This document shows positions 48,777 to 62,494 of a stretch of 64,000 nt of DNA, in pieces (positions within the stretch are counted from its first letter, which is position 1; each line of letters begins with the position of its first letter). The notes beneath the pieces are model-generated. The model saw nothing but the letters and a program-made list of their open reading frames with translations, did not search any database and was not told the DNA's origin. The DNA comes from Octopus bimaculoides (lineage: Eukaryota). Location of the stretch: NCBI RefSeq assembly GCF_001194135.2, contig NC_069004.1, positions 14,033,583-14,097,582 on the forward strand. The letters are read 5' to 3'. The position numbers and the translations under genes are program-made.

Positions 48777-49489
48777 ATTTTATAAATTTGAAGTTTTGTG
48801 CCACCAATTTAAAAGAAATTAACAATGGGTGTCTATGATGAAAGTAAAACAAGTTGGCATTGGCACAGATATGTTGTCATGAAGTTGGCTTTTCAACCTC
48901 ACGCTTCTGAGATTGATACCACTAGGAAGACATTACCTTGGGCAAGTGTCTTCTACTAAAAATTTGTGAGTGGAATTTGGTAGACAGATATTGTAGAGAT
49001 GTTCATTTGCATAACATCATTATTTTCATCAATGCTACCATCATTAATTTACATGGCTTTTCCATGCAGATATGCAGCTAGATAAATCTCATAGTGTCTT
49101 ATCACACACACACAGACACATGTATATAATCACAGTGTCCTGTAACAGATTTAAGCACACACACACACACACTATTTATATAGTTTGATAAAGGCTAGTG
49201 GATTAAGAGATTGAAGTCATTATCATTCAACATGTAAAAGTTTACTAAACATATACTCTACTAAAAAGTGTCAAGTAATTCTTCAGTTTAATGGTTAATT
49301 TTGTACATAACTTGACACAGAAGCAAAAAGTAATAGGCATGCACACACATACACACACATTTTCTATTAAAAATGGGCAGATGTAGAGTGACTCGAGGAC
49401 TGAGAGTTTTGTGTGTTAGCACTTATCAATATACAAAACTCAGCTCTTGAGTCACTCTGTAACTTCTGCTGATTATTAATAAAAGAAAA

Positions 49490-49521
<32 letters not shown>

Positions 49522-49876
49522 TATACACTCATGTTTTGAGTTCAATCTTCTTCTTTACCCTTTTGGAAGAAGTGCCTGAGAACTCTTCCCACCTATGACC
49601 CTCCCAAGAATAGTAAATGGAGGAGATGGATGGGTGGATGTAAATTATACTTTTATCTTTTATCTTTTACTTGTTTCAGTCATTAGACTGCGGCCATGCT
49701 GGGGCACCACCTTGAAGAATTTTTATCGAATGAGCTGACCCCAGTGCTTATATATTTTAAAGCTGGGTACTTAATCTATCGGTCTCTTTTTCTGAACTGC
49801 CAAGTTATGGGGTCATAAACACACCAGCACCAGTTGTCAAGCATCGGTGGGGTACAAAACAGACACAAAGACACAT

Positions 49877-49923
<47 letters not shown>

Positions 49924-51269
49924 CATATATACAATGAGCTTCTTTCAGTTTCCATCTCCCAAATCCACTCACAAGGCTTTGGTTGGCCTGAGACTATAGT
50001 AGATGCTTGCCCAAGGTGCAGCACACTGGAACCATTGGTTGGGAAGCAAGCTTCTTACCACATGGCCATGCCTGCTCCTATGGGTACAGTCCCACTGTGG
50101 GAATGTTTTCTCAGAGTATAATTAAAATCATAGTTTTATATTTTCTATTGAATTCTAATGCAACTCAACTTACACCATCTTTTGGATACAACAATCCTAA
50201 ATGAATAAACTCCTGGATAAAAAGCAGCTATTTAAGGCAAATTATCCCAAATATAGTGAATATGTGCTATTATATTTCCATTAATAAAATCTGGGCGAGG
50301 CTGGGTACAGCTGGTGGCTAATATATCATATACTCTTAATAGCTAGGAAAGCCATTATATGCTATACACTAATTTTAATTAACAATCTACATTACATTAA
50401 TATCACTCACACAACTGCTGTTGTTATTAAGGTGGTGAGATTAGTGTGGCAGTAAACTTCAAATGCGTTCAGCTGTTTATCTTCTGTTTACAGTGTAATG
50501 TGAAAAGCAAATATTTTTAAGAACATGCATGGACTCACTGCTACCATTACTACAATCATTTTTCCTGAACCAGTTGGCACGACCCCAACTTGAATTAAAA
50601 TGCTTAGATGCATGTCAGATTCTCCATTACAATTTTCAGATGCATTCTCTCTTTCTGCATCTAGCTAATTCTGTCAATGCCACTCCTACATGGATCCTTG
50701 CCAAATACTGATTTTTTCCCCATGTTAGTCCATGACTACTCATTCGTTGAGACAGGCTACATAATCAATCCAGTTGATTTTAGTATATTACTGGTACTTT
50801 TTTTTATTGATCGTGCCAAGATGAAAGGCAAAGTTGAATATAGGGGAGTTTTAATTCAAGCACATGCATGGCTGTGTGGCTATGATTCTTGCTTGGCAAA
50901 CAGCACAGAATTTTCGAGCTCAGTTCCATTGTCATTGCATGGAATCTTGAGTAAGTACCTACTACTATAGTGAAGGCATGTGACTTAGTGGTTAGGATTG
51001 TGGACTTGTGATTGTAAGATTGTGGTTTTGACTCCTGGACTGAGCGATGTGTTGTGTTCTTGCAAAACACTTCATTTCATGTTGCTCAAGTCCACTCAGC
51101 TGGCAAAAATGAGTAATCCTGCGATGGACCAGCATCGCATCCAGGTGGGAATATATATGACACGAAACCAGGAGACTGGCCCTTATGAGTTGGTATGACT
51201 CGAGAAGGGAACTTTTACCCATTACTATACTATTGGTTAAAAACCAATGCCTTGTGAGAGAAATTTGGC

Positions 51270-51420
51270 AGAACTGTCAGACTTTGGAATGCTCCTCCAT
51301 CTCATTGTTCTCCCTCCTTTTTATGACTTGAACTCTATCAAGTCTAAAGTTAATTCATTCCTTTCATCTTAATTTCTCCTTCTTCATAGTTCTTCTCACC
51401 TCATTTAGGACTTACTTATA
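51270..51420 (+). mobile_element. CR1-type LINE extreme 3' end
   Basis: Frameshifted LWNAPPSHCSPS.YDLNSIKSKVN matches the LWNSLP...FP.SYDL..FK..VN terminus. Confidence 0.6.
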
Positions 51421-52729
51421 AAAAGAAATAAAAAAGGAAACTGGATGAAACCTGCAGGAAGCTCAACTAGTCTTGTAAGTGCCATCAACTGAAGAAACAT
51501 TACACTGTACTATGTGTTAATGTATTTTATTTCAAACTGTGGCTCTTCCAGCTTTCTTTAAACAGGTCCCTACATAAACTATGTGTATGTTTATGCCCTG
51601 TAATTTAGTAGTTCTACAGAGATCAATAAAATAAGTACTAGGATTGATTCAACTCTAAAAGATGGTGCTCTAGCATGGCTGCAATCCAATGACTGAAGCC
51701 AGTGCAAAATAATAAAAAAAAGTAACAAAATTCCTGATAAACGTAACCTGGGATTCTACCATTTCTGTCATAACTCCTCTATTACAAGACCTACATCATC
51801 TCAAATCCAACTAACATGATGACAATATACTAGTACATGTATAGAAGCTGGATTCTCCAGTGATCCCCAATAATCTGTGCTGGATTTTAGAGAACAATAC
51901 CAACAGTAAATTTTGGCTTAAGACGAAGGTAATTGTTTTTAGAGAGATCAATTTATCTATAGATATGAAAGTGATGACATGTATGTTCCAGGTATCTTTT
52001 ATCTTTTACTTGGTTCAGTCATTGAATTGTGGCCATGTTGGGGCACCACCTTGAAGGAGTTAGTTGAACAATTCAACTCTAGTACTTTTCTTGTAGGTCA
52101 TTATTCTTATTCTATCACCGCTTTTGTGAAACTGCTAAATTATGGAGCCACAAACAAACCAATCTAGTTGTCAAGTGGTGATGGGGGACAAACACAAAGG
52201 TATACACACATGATAGGCTTCCACACAGTTTCTGTCTGCCAAATTCACTCATACAGCTAGGGTTATAATAGAAGACATTTGCCCAATGTGCTGCACAGCA
52301 GGACTGAACCCAAAACAACATGGTTGCAAAGCAAGCTGCTTAACCACACAGACAATAAAGAACAAATTTCAGTAAAACTTTTACTAAAAGTTACTCAGTT
52401 TCGCTGAAAAGTTGCATAACCTTCTCCTCAAAAAGAGATGCTGCCACAGGAATTTCATGTAAATATTTTTAATATTGAAAGATATGAATGAAATACTGCA
52501 GCACCAGTGCTAAAATTAATAAGATGTGTGACATGTCTGTCACCATACATAATAGAAAAACAACTGAAGTAAAAGTTAACAAATTGGATGGACTTTAAGA
52601 AATCAAGTTCAAATTTTTCAGTTTTGAGGACAAAAAATATTTAAACAAATAGGGTTTTCTACTATAAGCGTTGGGCCAACCAAAACCTTTTTGAGAGGAT
52701 TTGGTAGATGGAGACTGAAAGAAGCCTGT

Positions 52730-52760
<31 letters not shown>

Positions 52761-52761
52761 A

Positions 52762-52811
<50 letters not shown>

Positions 52812-52921
52812 NNNNNNNNNNNNNNNNNNNNNNNNNNNNNNNNNNNNNNNNNNNNNNNNNNNNNNNNNNNNNNNNNNNNNNNNNNNNNNNNNNNNNNNNN
52901 NNNNNNNNNNNNNNNNNNNNN

Positions 52922-53130
52922 ACAAAAAAAAAACAACAGACGAAGACAGGTGGTGTAGAAAACAAACAGATGTATTAGTATAACGCTCGGGAATTGAAAA
53001 ACTCTTTAACATTTTGTGCTTACGCTCTTCCACAGAAAGGAACACAGAAAGAAACAAGGAGAGAAACAAGGAGAGAGAAAAAATGTGTGTAGTGGTTAGC
53101 GATCTATCATGGTGAATAATGATGATAAAT
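52922..53130 (-). mobile_element. Second copy of the hammerhead-bearing short repeat
   Basis: Reverse-complement match to 29740-29925. Confidence 0.6.
53004..53039 (-). ncRNA. Degenerate minimal hammerhead-like motif (A6U variant)
   Basis: CUUU|CUGUGGA|A|GAGC-guaa-GCAC|AAAAU|GUU|AAAG. Confidence 0.5.
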
Positions 53131-54217
53131 ATATATATATACATATCCAAAATTAGGAAATGGTGTAGATAAAATCCAGGCTGTATATGTTTCATAGCTA
53201 GCAGAACCACAGAAGTGGTAATTATCCAAATGAGGAGTCATATGCTAGCTACTTGTCTGGTACCTTGATCAAATGATGCTTACATTGTTGCCAAGGGATT
53301 CCATGATAACTTGCAGGAGATACCATCTATGGACTGCTCAAAGCTTACTAACTTTAGCTTGATCTTTGGATCTTACTTTTTACATATTACAATATATATG
53401 TGTGTGTGTGTGTGAACCCAGGACCATGTGGTTGGAAAGCAAAAACTTTACTATACAGCCATGCTTGAAAAATATGTGTGCAAGAGAGCTGTGAAGTCTC
53501 TTTACATGACTATTGAAAGGTGAGAGGGGAGGACTTTGCCCCCCCCCCCCACCACTAAAGGTTGTAACTAAGCAATGTTTAAAAAATTGATGGAAAAACA
53601 GCACCAGGGCAAGACTAACAGATTGTGCATCCAAATGCAGTCACTGCAGCTGGAACTGTCATTCACGTGTGGGCTTATACAGTCACATAAGACACTGATA
53701 TGCTAACAAGATCAATCTATGACTTTTCAGACACAGATTCATCTTCTCATGAAACCAGGAGATAGATGCCTCCAGTACAAAGTGTAATTTGAGGGAAATT
53801 TGACTGCTATTTCTAGTCTGTAAATGAATACTCTGTATGTGTGTTAGTGGCCTACTAATCAAACTGATTCATAACTACACTTTAACATTTAAAAAAAAAA
53901 TCAAATGTAGACACAGACATAAATATTTGAAAGAGAATAAAAAGTGATGAACACAGCGAGTAATTTAAGATGTGTAAACGTATAATGTACGTGCCTACAT
54001 ACAATACCATGATTGCAGAAAAGTATGAATATTTCAGGAAATTTTTGCAGCTAAAATCAATTGAATACAATTTAGATAATATGAAAAACTTAATTTGAAA
54101 TAATTATTTTTGAAATGTGCTTTTAAGTTAATTGAAATGAAGAAATTATTAAAGATTACTTTAGCTTTTTAACAGATTCATTGAAATTCATGAAACACTT
54201 TAAAATTGTAAGTTTAA

Positions 54218-54665
54218 AAGGGTGGTGAGCTGGCAGAATCATTAGCACACCAGGCAAAATGCTTAGGAGCATTTTAACCGTCTTTATGTTCTGAGTTCAA
54301 ATTCTGCCAAGGTCAACTTTCCCTTTCATCCTTCTGGGGTTGATAAAATAAGTACCAGTTGAACACTGGTGTCAATATAATCAACTAACCCCACCCTTGA
54401 AATTACTGGCCTTGTGCCATAATTTGAAACTGATATTACTACAGTGTTTAAAGGTGGTGAGCTGGCAGAATTGTTAGTACTATAGGCAAAATGTTTAGTG
54501 GTATTTTGTCCATCTTTGCATTCTCAGTTCAAATTTCATTAAGGTTGACTTTGCCTTTCATCTTTTTGGGGTTGATAAGGTAAGTACCAGTTGAACATTG
54601 GGGTCGGTGTAATCAACTTACCCACTACCCTGAAACTGCTGGAGTTGTGCCAAAATTTGAAACCA
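54218..54665 (+). mobile_element. Two tandem SINE A copies
   Basis: Both start aaggtggtgagctggcagaat. Confidence 0.85.
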
Positions 54666-54769
54666 ATATTTGGTTATTAATACATTTCAAGTTTTGATGC
54701 CTTTCCATTCTAAAAATCAGATAGCAATGACTGCAAAGAATTAGAATTAATCTCAACTCATCTCATCTT

Positions 54770-55200
54770 CTTCACCCACTTATTCTTGGGAAGGTTGTTG
54801 GGACAGGGTCCTTAAGCACACTTTCAACAGGTCCTGTCAGAAGCAACTGTCCTTAATTTATTCCAACTGGATCCCCAAACGAGACCAACGAAGTTTATCC
54901 AACCATCATGCACATGATCTATCCTGGGTCTCCTGCCAGTTGGTTTTGCCAGTAAAACCTGTCCAGTAACTCTTTTCTGTGATATTCTTACCACATACCT
55001 GCTGTACCAGAGTTGTGATCTCTTAATTTGGAGAAGTAGTAATTCTACCTGGAGTGTCTCTCTGATTGCTGAGCTACACACTCTATTGAGTAATGTTACT
55101 CCAAAGACTCTTCAGAAGAACTCCGTTTTGGATGCTTGTATTCACGACTGTATTCTTTTGGTCATTACCCAAAATTCAAGATCACAGATAAGGGTGGGTA
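54770..55200 (-). mobile_element. RTE (Rex3/Expander-like) LINE 3' fragment
   Basis: VELLLLQIKRSQLWYSRYVVRISQKRVTGQVLLAKPTGRRPR parallels VEPLLL.IERSQLRW.GH..RM...R...V..A.PTGRRPRG. Confidence 0.8.
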
Positions 55201-55637
55201 CAAACACTGAATTAAAAATAGCAATTGATATTTTTCTAAAATAAAATTATTTATTTAATGCATTACAAGCCTGCTAAGTTGCACTTGAGAAGCATTTAGA
55301 GAACTGATTTGCTTCTTGCAAGATGATACGTGAACACAAGTAATTATAATAAACCTTTAGCATGCTGAAAGTGAATCATGCCACTGTATGGGTTTTCTTC
55401 CCTGTAGCTACAAGTGCACTATGTTGCATTGAGAGGGGAGGAAACTCATATGGCAATATGATTCGCCTTTAGCGTGCTAAAGATTAATCAACAAACTTTA
55501 TTAATTCTCTCAAATATTTAATACAAAACTTAGTTATTTCAAAAACCTAAATCATAAAATATAAAAATATATAATCATGCAACTAACACTAACTCTCTAA
55601 AATTACAGGCCTTGTGCCAAAATTTGAAAACATTATA

Positions 55638-55791
55638 GGGTATTACTTAAATACAGAGGTCCCGACGCACCTATGTAATGATATAAAGGGGAAGTGATCT
55701 AGTTTTACTAAAACTAACCCTATAAACTAGATTAACTCCCCTCCATATCATTACGTAGATGCATTGGGACCTCTGTATTTAAGTAGTGCCC
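55638..55791. mobile_element. 154-bp palindromic MITE (about 70-bp arms), possibly PIF/Harbinger-type
   Basis: Left arm gggtattacttaaatacagaggtcccgacgcacctatgtaatgatat... versus reverse complement of right arm gggcactacttaaatacagaggtcccaatgcatctacgtaatgatat... GGG...CCC ends in AT-rich flanks. TSD ambiguous. Confidence 0.7.
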
Positions 55792-56199
55792 ATTATTGTA
55801 ACTGTTGTCTTAATACATTATCAAGTCAGTAACAGTAACACAGATGGTAACATATTGAGCAATAATTAATTTTTGTTAATTAATGACAAGCACTGTTTAA
55901 ATCCTGCTAATTAGCATTTTACCTCACTGTTGGTTTGCAGGAAATATTTACTAAAACTCCATTCAAAATCTTGTGAGTGGGTTTGCAAGCTAGAAACTAA
56001 AAGAAGCCTGTCATATGTAAACACACACACACACGTATAGGTGCAGGTGTGGCTATGTAGTAAGAAGTTTACATCTCACCCACATGGTCCCAGGTTCAGT
56101 CTCACTGTGTGGCACCTTGAGCAAGTGTCTTCTATATCTGCAAGTTGACTAATACCTTGTGAGTGGATTTGGTAGATGGAAACTGGAAGAAGCCCGTCG

Positions 56200-56247
<48 letters not shown>

Positions 56248-56702
56248 NNNNNNNNNNNNNNNNNNNNNNNNNNNNNNNNNNNNNNNNNNNNNNNNNNNNN
56301 NNNNNNNNNNNNNNNNNNNNNNNNNNNNNNNNNNNNNNNNNNNNNNNNNNNNNNNNNNNNNNNNNNNNNNNNNNNNNNNNNNNNNNNNNNNNNNNNNNNN
56401 NNNNNNNNNNNNNNNNNNNNNNNNNNNNNNNNNNNNNNNNNNNNNNNNNNNNNNNNNNNNNNNNNNNNNNNNNNNNNNNNNNNNNNNNNNNNNNNNNNNN
56501 NNNNNNNNNNNNNNNNNNNNNNNNNNNNNNNNNNNNNNNNNNNNNNNNNNNNNNNNNNNNNNNNNNNNNNNNNNNNNNNNNNNNNNNNNNNNNNNNNNNN
56601 NNNNNNNNNNNNNNNNNNNNNNNNNNNNNNNNNNNNNNNNNNNNNNNNNNNNNNNNNNNNNNNNNNNNNNNNNNNNNNNNNNNNNNNNNNTGTGTGTGTG
56701 TT

Positions 56703-56739
<37 letters not shown>

Positions 56740-58396
56740 ACGCTCGTGGTTGCATATGTATGCATGCAGCCATATATGTGCGTGCATGTATGTGTGTGTG
56801 GGCTTGTGTGTGTGTGTGCATGCGTGTGTGAGTGTGTATTTTATGGCTACATACATGAATGCTTAATGAATTCCATTTATCTTGCACCAGTTCCATTTTT
56901 CTTTATTCGTTACAGAGAAAGTTCCAAGACATTATTTGCTTAGAGCAATTTTATTATTATTGTCTCAAAAATATTGGCCTCAAATTTTGGCACACAGCTA
57001 GCAATTTTTGAGGGGAAGGTAAAATCGATTACACTGTCCCTTCTTCCCACCACCACCACCACCACAATCCCCCAGTATTCAACTGGTACTTATCGATCTT
57101 GAGAGGATGAAAGGCAAAGTAGACACTCCCCCACAACCATCACCACCAGTGGTGGCAGATAAACTCTGAACATGAAGATGGAAGAAACTGTTGCTAAGCA
57201 TTTTTTCAGTGTATTAACGATTCTGCCAGTTCACCACATTATCGTCTCAGAAAAAATAAATTTTAAAACTTATAAATTTATTCAATACTTTCGAGTATTC
57301 TATATCTTAAGCTGATTTTAGACTTTATTTTAAATATGCTAAAGCCTATCTTTCTCCAGAATGCACACTCACACACATGCACACTCGCGCACACAAAGAA
57401 ATTTGATTTAAGTTTGATGAAATGATTAATTTAAATTTTAATCAAATGCAGGCAGGGCTGTGTGGTAAGAAGCTTGCTCCCCAACTACATGACTCCAGGT
57501 TCAGTTCCAGTGCGTGGCACATTGGGCAAGTGACTTCTACTATAGCCTGGGATTGACCAAAGCCTTGTGAGTGTATTTGGTAGACTGAAACTGAAAGAAG
57601 CCTGTCATGTGTATGTGTCTGTGTATATCTTCCACCACCACTTGACAACCAGTGTTGGTATGTTTATGTCCCCATAGTTTAATGGTCTGGCAAAAAGAGA
57701 CCAACAGAATAAGAACCAAGCTTAAAAAAAAAAGCACTGGGGTTGATTCATTTGATTAGAAATACTTCAAAGCGGTGCCCCAGCATAGCTGCAGTCAAAT
57801 GATTGAAACAAATAAATAAAATACTTTGGTTTAAAAAAAAAAAAAATTCTTTTTATTGGAAAGTAAGTAGTACAATAATATTTCAAGTGAAATCTCAATG
57901 GTTAATTGTTAATATCATATATGTGATAAGACATGATTATGAACTGAGTTAGTGGCTGGGATACATTCTGTGGCCATCTTACATTGTGCAACTGTCAAAG
58001 CTTTCCTGTGAGTTTGCCAGATGTTGTCCAAATGGAAATTATGAACGGATATTGGCACTGATGCAACTGCAGAAATTATTGGAATCATGCCATGCTAGAT
58101 AACTTCACACTTTTCTCCTTCTTGTTAGTTTTTTCAACAGAGGAGCCTTGAAGGAATGTAAACCAGGATATTTTGACTTAATTTAATTGTAAGCTACACA
58201 CCACATTAGAGTAATTTCATGAAATCTCTGCTTTATTCTTTCATAACTGTAAATTAAAATTCAGCTCAGTTCTAACAGCACAAAAATTGAAGAAGGGTGG
58301 TTTGCACCCTAACGCTAATACAAGTTTCATGCTACTAAACAAGTACTCTATCCTCTGGTGTGAGAGCTCATTTGGCCAATATGCATTTAGGGTTGT

Positions 58397-58800
58397 GAAG
58401 CATGGATGCCGAACAAATCTGAGGAAGATATAATCAATGTGTGTGAAATGTGGGTGTATAGGAGACTGTTACAAGTCTCTTACAAGGACCATCGGACAAA
58501 TGAACAGGTGTTACAATAAGAAGGTGAAAGATGGTAATTCCTGAACATTGTGAAAAAACTAAAGCTCATCTATTGTGGCCATATTCAAAGAAGCAGGGGT
58601 CTGGAAAACATTATCATCAAAGGAAGAGTAGAGGGCAGTAGATCAAGAGACAGGCAAAGAATGTAATGAATGGGACAAGAGTGGCAAGCAACTGGATGAT
58701 TTAAGCAACCTGGGAAGACTTTTGTTGTAGTATTATCAATGCAATGCAGGTGTACAATACATGACAACGACCTTCTGCCTCGTATGAACCAAAGTTGCCA
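58397..58800 (+). mobile_element. RTE (BovB-like) LINE 3' fragment
   Basis: EAWMPNKSEEDIINVCEMWVYRRLLQVSYKDHRTNEQVL...KLIYCGHIQR..GLENIIIKGRVEGSRSRDRQR parallels the BovB ORF C-terminus (ESW...RIDAFELWCWRRLL...KLQYFGHLMRR...LEK...GKIEG.R.RGRQR). Confidence 0.85.
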
Positions 58801-59335
58801 TGTTTCCTATATGATCAGAACATTACAATCTTGGTGTTGTGAACATAACAACTGGCTTCAAAGACTGTAAGTTATTGACTCTTGGAAGGTAATGTTGTGA
58901 CATACATATTGATCAAAACAAATATCAATGAAACCAAACCTATTAGTAATCACATCAGGTAAATGTCTGCTATCTATGTAGTATTTCTTTCTTCACCAAA
59001 AAGTAATTTTTGCAAAATAGGGAACTATTTCATAGAAAAGGGCAGCTTATATTCTGAAAAATACTATATTTACAAGAGTGGGACAGAAACATGGTATATG
59101 GTAAAGGAGGAAAGAAAAAGAAAGAAAAAAAACTTTTTGTGAAATATTTTGATTTAGGTGAAAGAGAAATTATCTTAACAAAACAATATGATGATGAACA
59201 AAAATAGGAAATTCCCTCAGTGATATTGCTTTATCTTAACATTACAGGACATTATGTTTGGTTTTAAAAAGGTAAAAAAAAAAAAAAAAAAAAAAATCAG
59301 TTTTACACACATGTNNNNNNNNNNTATACAGGCCC

Positions 59336-59370
<35 letters not shown>

Positions 59371-59517
59371 TGCAAATGTTATGTACATAAAATACACGCA
59401 TGAATATATTATGTACACACACACATGAATAAATAAATTATAATGGTGCAGTGATATTCCAGTTCAATGATGCTATTAGAATATATTTAAAGATTAAATC
59501 ATTTTAAAAACTTAATG

Positions 59518-59566
<49 letters not shown>

Positions 59567-59579
59567 TAATAATAATAAT

Positions 59580-60010
59580 ATTTCTACTATAGGCACAAGG
59601 CCTGAAATTTGGAGGAGAGGGATGATTGATTACAATGACTCCAGTACTCAACTGGTACTTAATTTATCGACCCCAAAAGGATGAAAGGCAAAGTCGACAT
59701 CGGCAGAATTTGAATGCAGAACATAACGGCAGACAAAATACCGCTAAGCGTTTCACCTGGCATGCTAATGATTCTTATTTCTTTATTGACCACAAGGGGC
59801 TAAACATAGAGGGGACAAACAAGGGCAGACAAAGGGATTAAGTCGATTACATCGACCCCAGTGTTTCACTGGTACTTAATTTATCGACCCCGAAAGGATG
59901 AAAGGCAAAGTCGATCTCAGCGGAATTTGAGCTCAGAACGTAACGGCAGACAAAATACCGCTAAGAATATCACCTGGCGTGCTAACGATTCTGCCAGCTT
60001 GCCACCTTTA
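59580..60010 (-). mobile_element. SINE A host with an inserted SINE A variant bearing an alternative 3' tail
   Basis: The tail at 59775-59849 is the reverse complement of the insert at 3048-3122. Confidence 0.8.
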
Positions 60011-60040
60011 ACAACAACAACAACAACAATAATAATAATA

Positions 60041-60235
60041 ATGCAGGTAAAAAAATGTATTCCTGTAGATATGGGTGCATTAGAAACTATTCCCAAAGAT
60101 TTGAACAAATGGATAAAAGAAATAAGTAGAGAATCTAGTTTAGTGCAGCTCCAGAAAACAGTATTATTAGGGAGAGCTAGGATAGTTGGGAAGGTTCTTG
60201 GCATCTAAGGTGACTTTTGTAGCCTGATGTTAGGA
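60041..60235 (+). mobile_element. R4/Dong-like 3' fragment
   Basis: MQVKKCIPVDMGALETIPKDLNKWIKEI...LQKTVLLGRARIVGKVLGI*, starting directly after a (CAA)n(AAT)n tract. Confidence 0.75.
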
Positions 60236-60590
60236 GTAATTTTTTTCCATCAGTCTAATCTGTTGTGTATGTATGAAATAATAATACTAATAGCAACAAC
60301 AACTTTAAAAAAAAACTATTAGAAGTGAAAGGTAAAAGAACACCACTACAACAAAAACCAATAGTACATAGGACAATGAGAAAGCCAACATANNNNNNNN
60401 NNNNNNNNNNNNNNNNNNNNNNNNNNNNNNNNNNNNNNNNNNNNNNNNNNNNNNNNNNNNNNNNNNNNNNNNNNNNNNNNNNNNNNNNNNNNNNNNNNNN
60501 NNNNNNNNNNNNNNNNNNNNNNNNNNNNNNNNNNNNNNNNNATATATATATATGTATATATATATATGTATATATATATATGTATATATC

Positions 60591-60628
<38 letters not shown>

Positions 60629-60778
60629 CACACACACAAATATATATAACATAAAAGAAATATACAGAATATTAAGACAATACATACTTTATTCAGTATT
60701 TTTTGTGCTGTATGTATGTACGTAAGTATATATATAAATTACATCAAGTACAGGACATCACCAATGAGTGAAAAATAC

Positions 60779-60831
<53 letters not shown>

Positions 60832-60912
60832 GATATAACTGTTTGATCTATACATGTAAGTCCCAATAAATGCGTTGAGTGTCCTTTTGTTTGTCAACTC
60901 ACACGTGTGTGT

Positions 60913-60944
<32 letters not shown>

Positions 60945-61188
60945 GTATATACACATGAAGCCTAACTGTGTTTATCTACATTACTATCTCTATATCGGCT
61001 CAGTCTAGATTTCTCTTATATCCCCTATTGATGGTGCAGGTCCAGCCCTGCATGAAGAATTTGATGTTTAAATTCTTCTGAGCACTACTATATACTGAGC
61101 ATATCCATTTTTCACATATTGACTGTATCTATCTATCTATATTGATATCTACAACTATCTATATCTATATATATCTCTCTCTCTATCT

Positions 61189-61275
<87 letters not shown>

Positions 61276-61310
61276 CATACATGTGTGTATTTACATACAT
61301 GTGTGTATTT

Positions 61311-61347
<37 letters not shown>

Positions 61348-62494
61348 CACATGTATACATGTTTATACATATATACATATATATAAGTAATTATATACGA
61401 AGCTATTTAAACGTATGATTTGTGGAAAGTAACAAAAATTAGCCATTGAAATTAAACAGAAAATTGTTTAATCGTGCAACTAGTTGGAAATGAACATTAG
61501 TTTATTGTTAGTTGTGTGGAGAGTATGAAAATGTAGAAGAATATTGATTGAATGTGTGAAGCTAGGCAGTGACTAGAGCAACAATAATAGTATGATGCAG
61601 TAGAAAGTAGTAAAAGGCAAAATAACCTTGCTATCATTCTATCTTGTTGCACAGTAACCAACTGAAGTTGTTCACGTTAAAAACCTTAACTACAACAAGA
61701 CAAACACTGGTTGATAAATGATCGAAACTGGAAAGAAATTCCACAGAGAAAAAAATACAACAGAAAACAAAAGTGCAACAAAATAATTGATATTATTAAA
61801 TATAATTTTTGATGGAGAACACTCCCAATTTGTCTAGACTCTAAGTAGGTGTGTATGTGTGTCTCTCTCTCTCTTTGTGTTTATAATATTTCCTAAGCTG
61901 GAAAAAGAGATAATTTGAAATAATTTAGAACAAACAAAATTTCTAGAATTGTATCTTATGTTGTTTATATTTATTTCTATTAAGTAAATGTAAGTTATAA
62001 ATGAACATTGACTGACAAATATAGGCTCTTGACAAATGTTTCTCAACCATTTTTTTTTTACCAATGTTTCTTTTTGATTCCTATTTTACTGAAATGGACC
62101 CTAATAGCCATTTAATGTTTAAAAAAAATCCTATTATATTTTTATAACTGAATATTATTAGGAACTGTATAAAAAGAATTGTTGAAATATTTTATGTATG
62201 GTAAAAGTATAACCAGTTTATTGCACATAAATTTTAACAACATCTTATCTGGACACCCAAGGGCCATACAGACCCCAGTTGATAATCTAGAATTTAAAGT
62301 CTCAGACTAACAAGATCTCAGACCAACATAAGCTCTTATGTTTAATGTAAGGTGTTACACAAAATATTTTATAATACCTAGATCAGTGTTGAAACCATAA
62401 TTATCAGGACACATTTGACTCCAGTAAAACCTTAGACCAAGCTAAGCACAAAAATCACTTGTCTCCCCATAACTAATAGTAATATTAATAACAA

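Noticed and set aside
50174-50227. Candidate minus-strand cassette exon with AG acceptor and GTAAGT donor
   Set aside because: In the phase 2 frame required by the next tomosyn exon it contains a stop, and it has no similarity to tomosyn.
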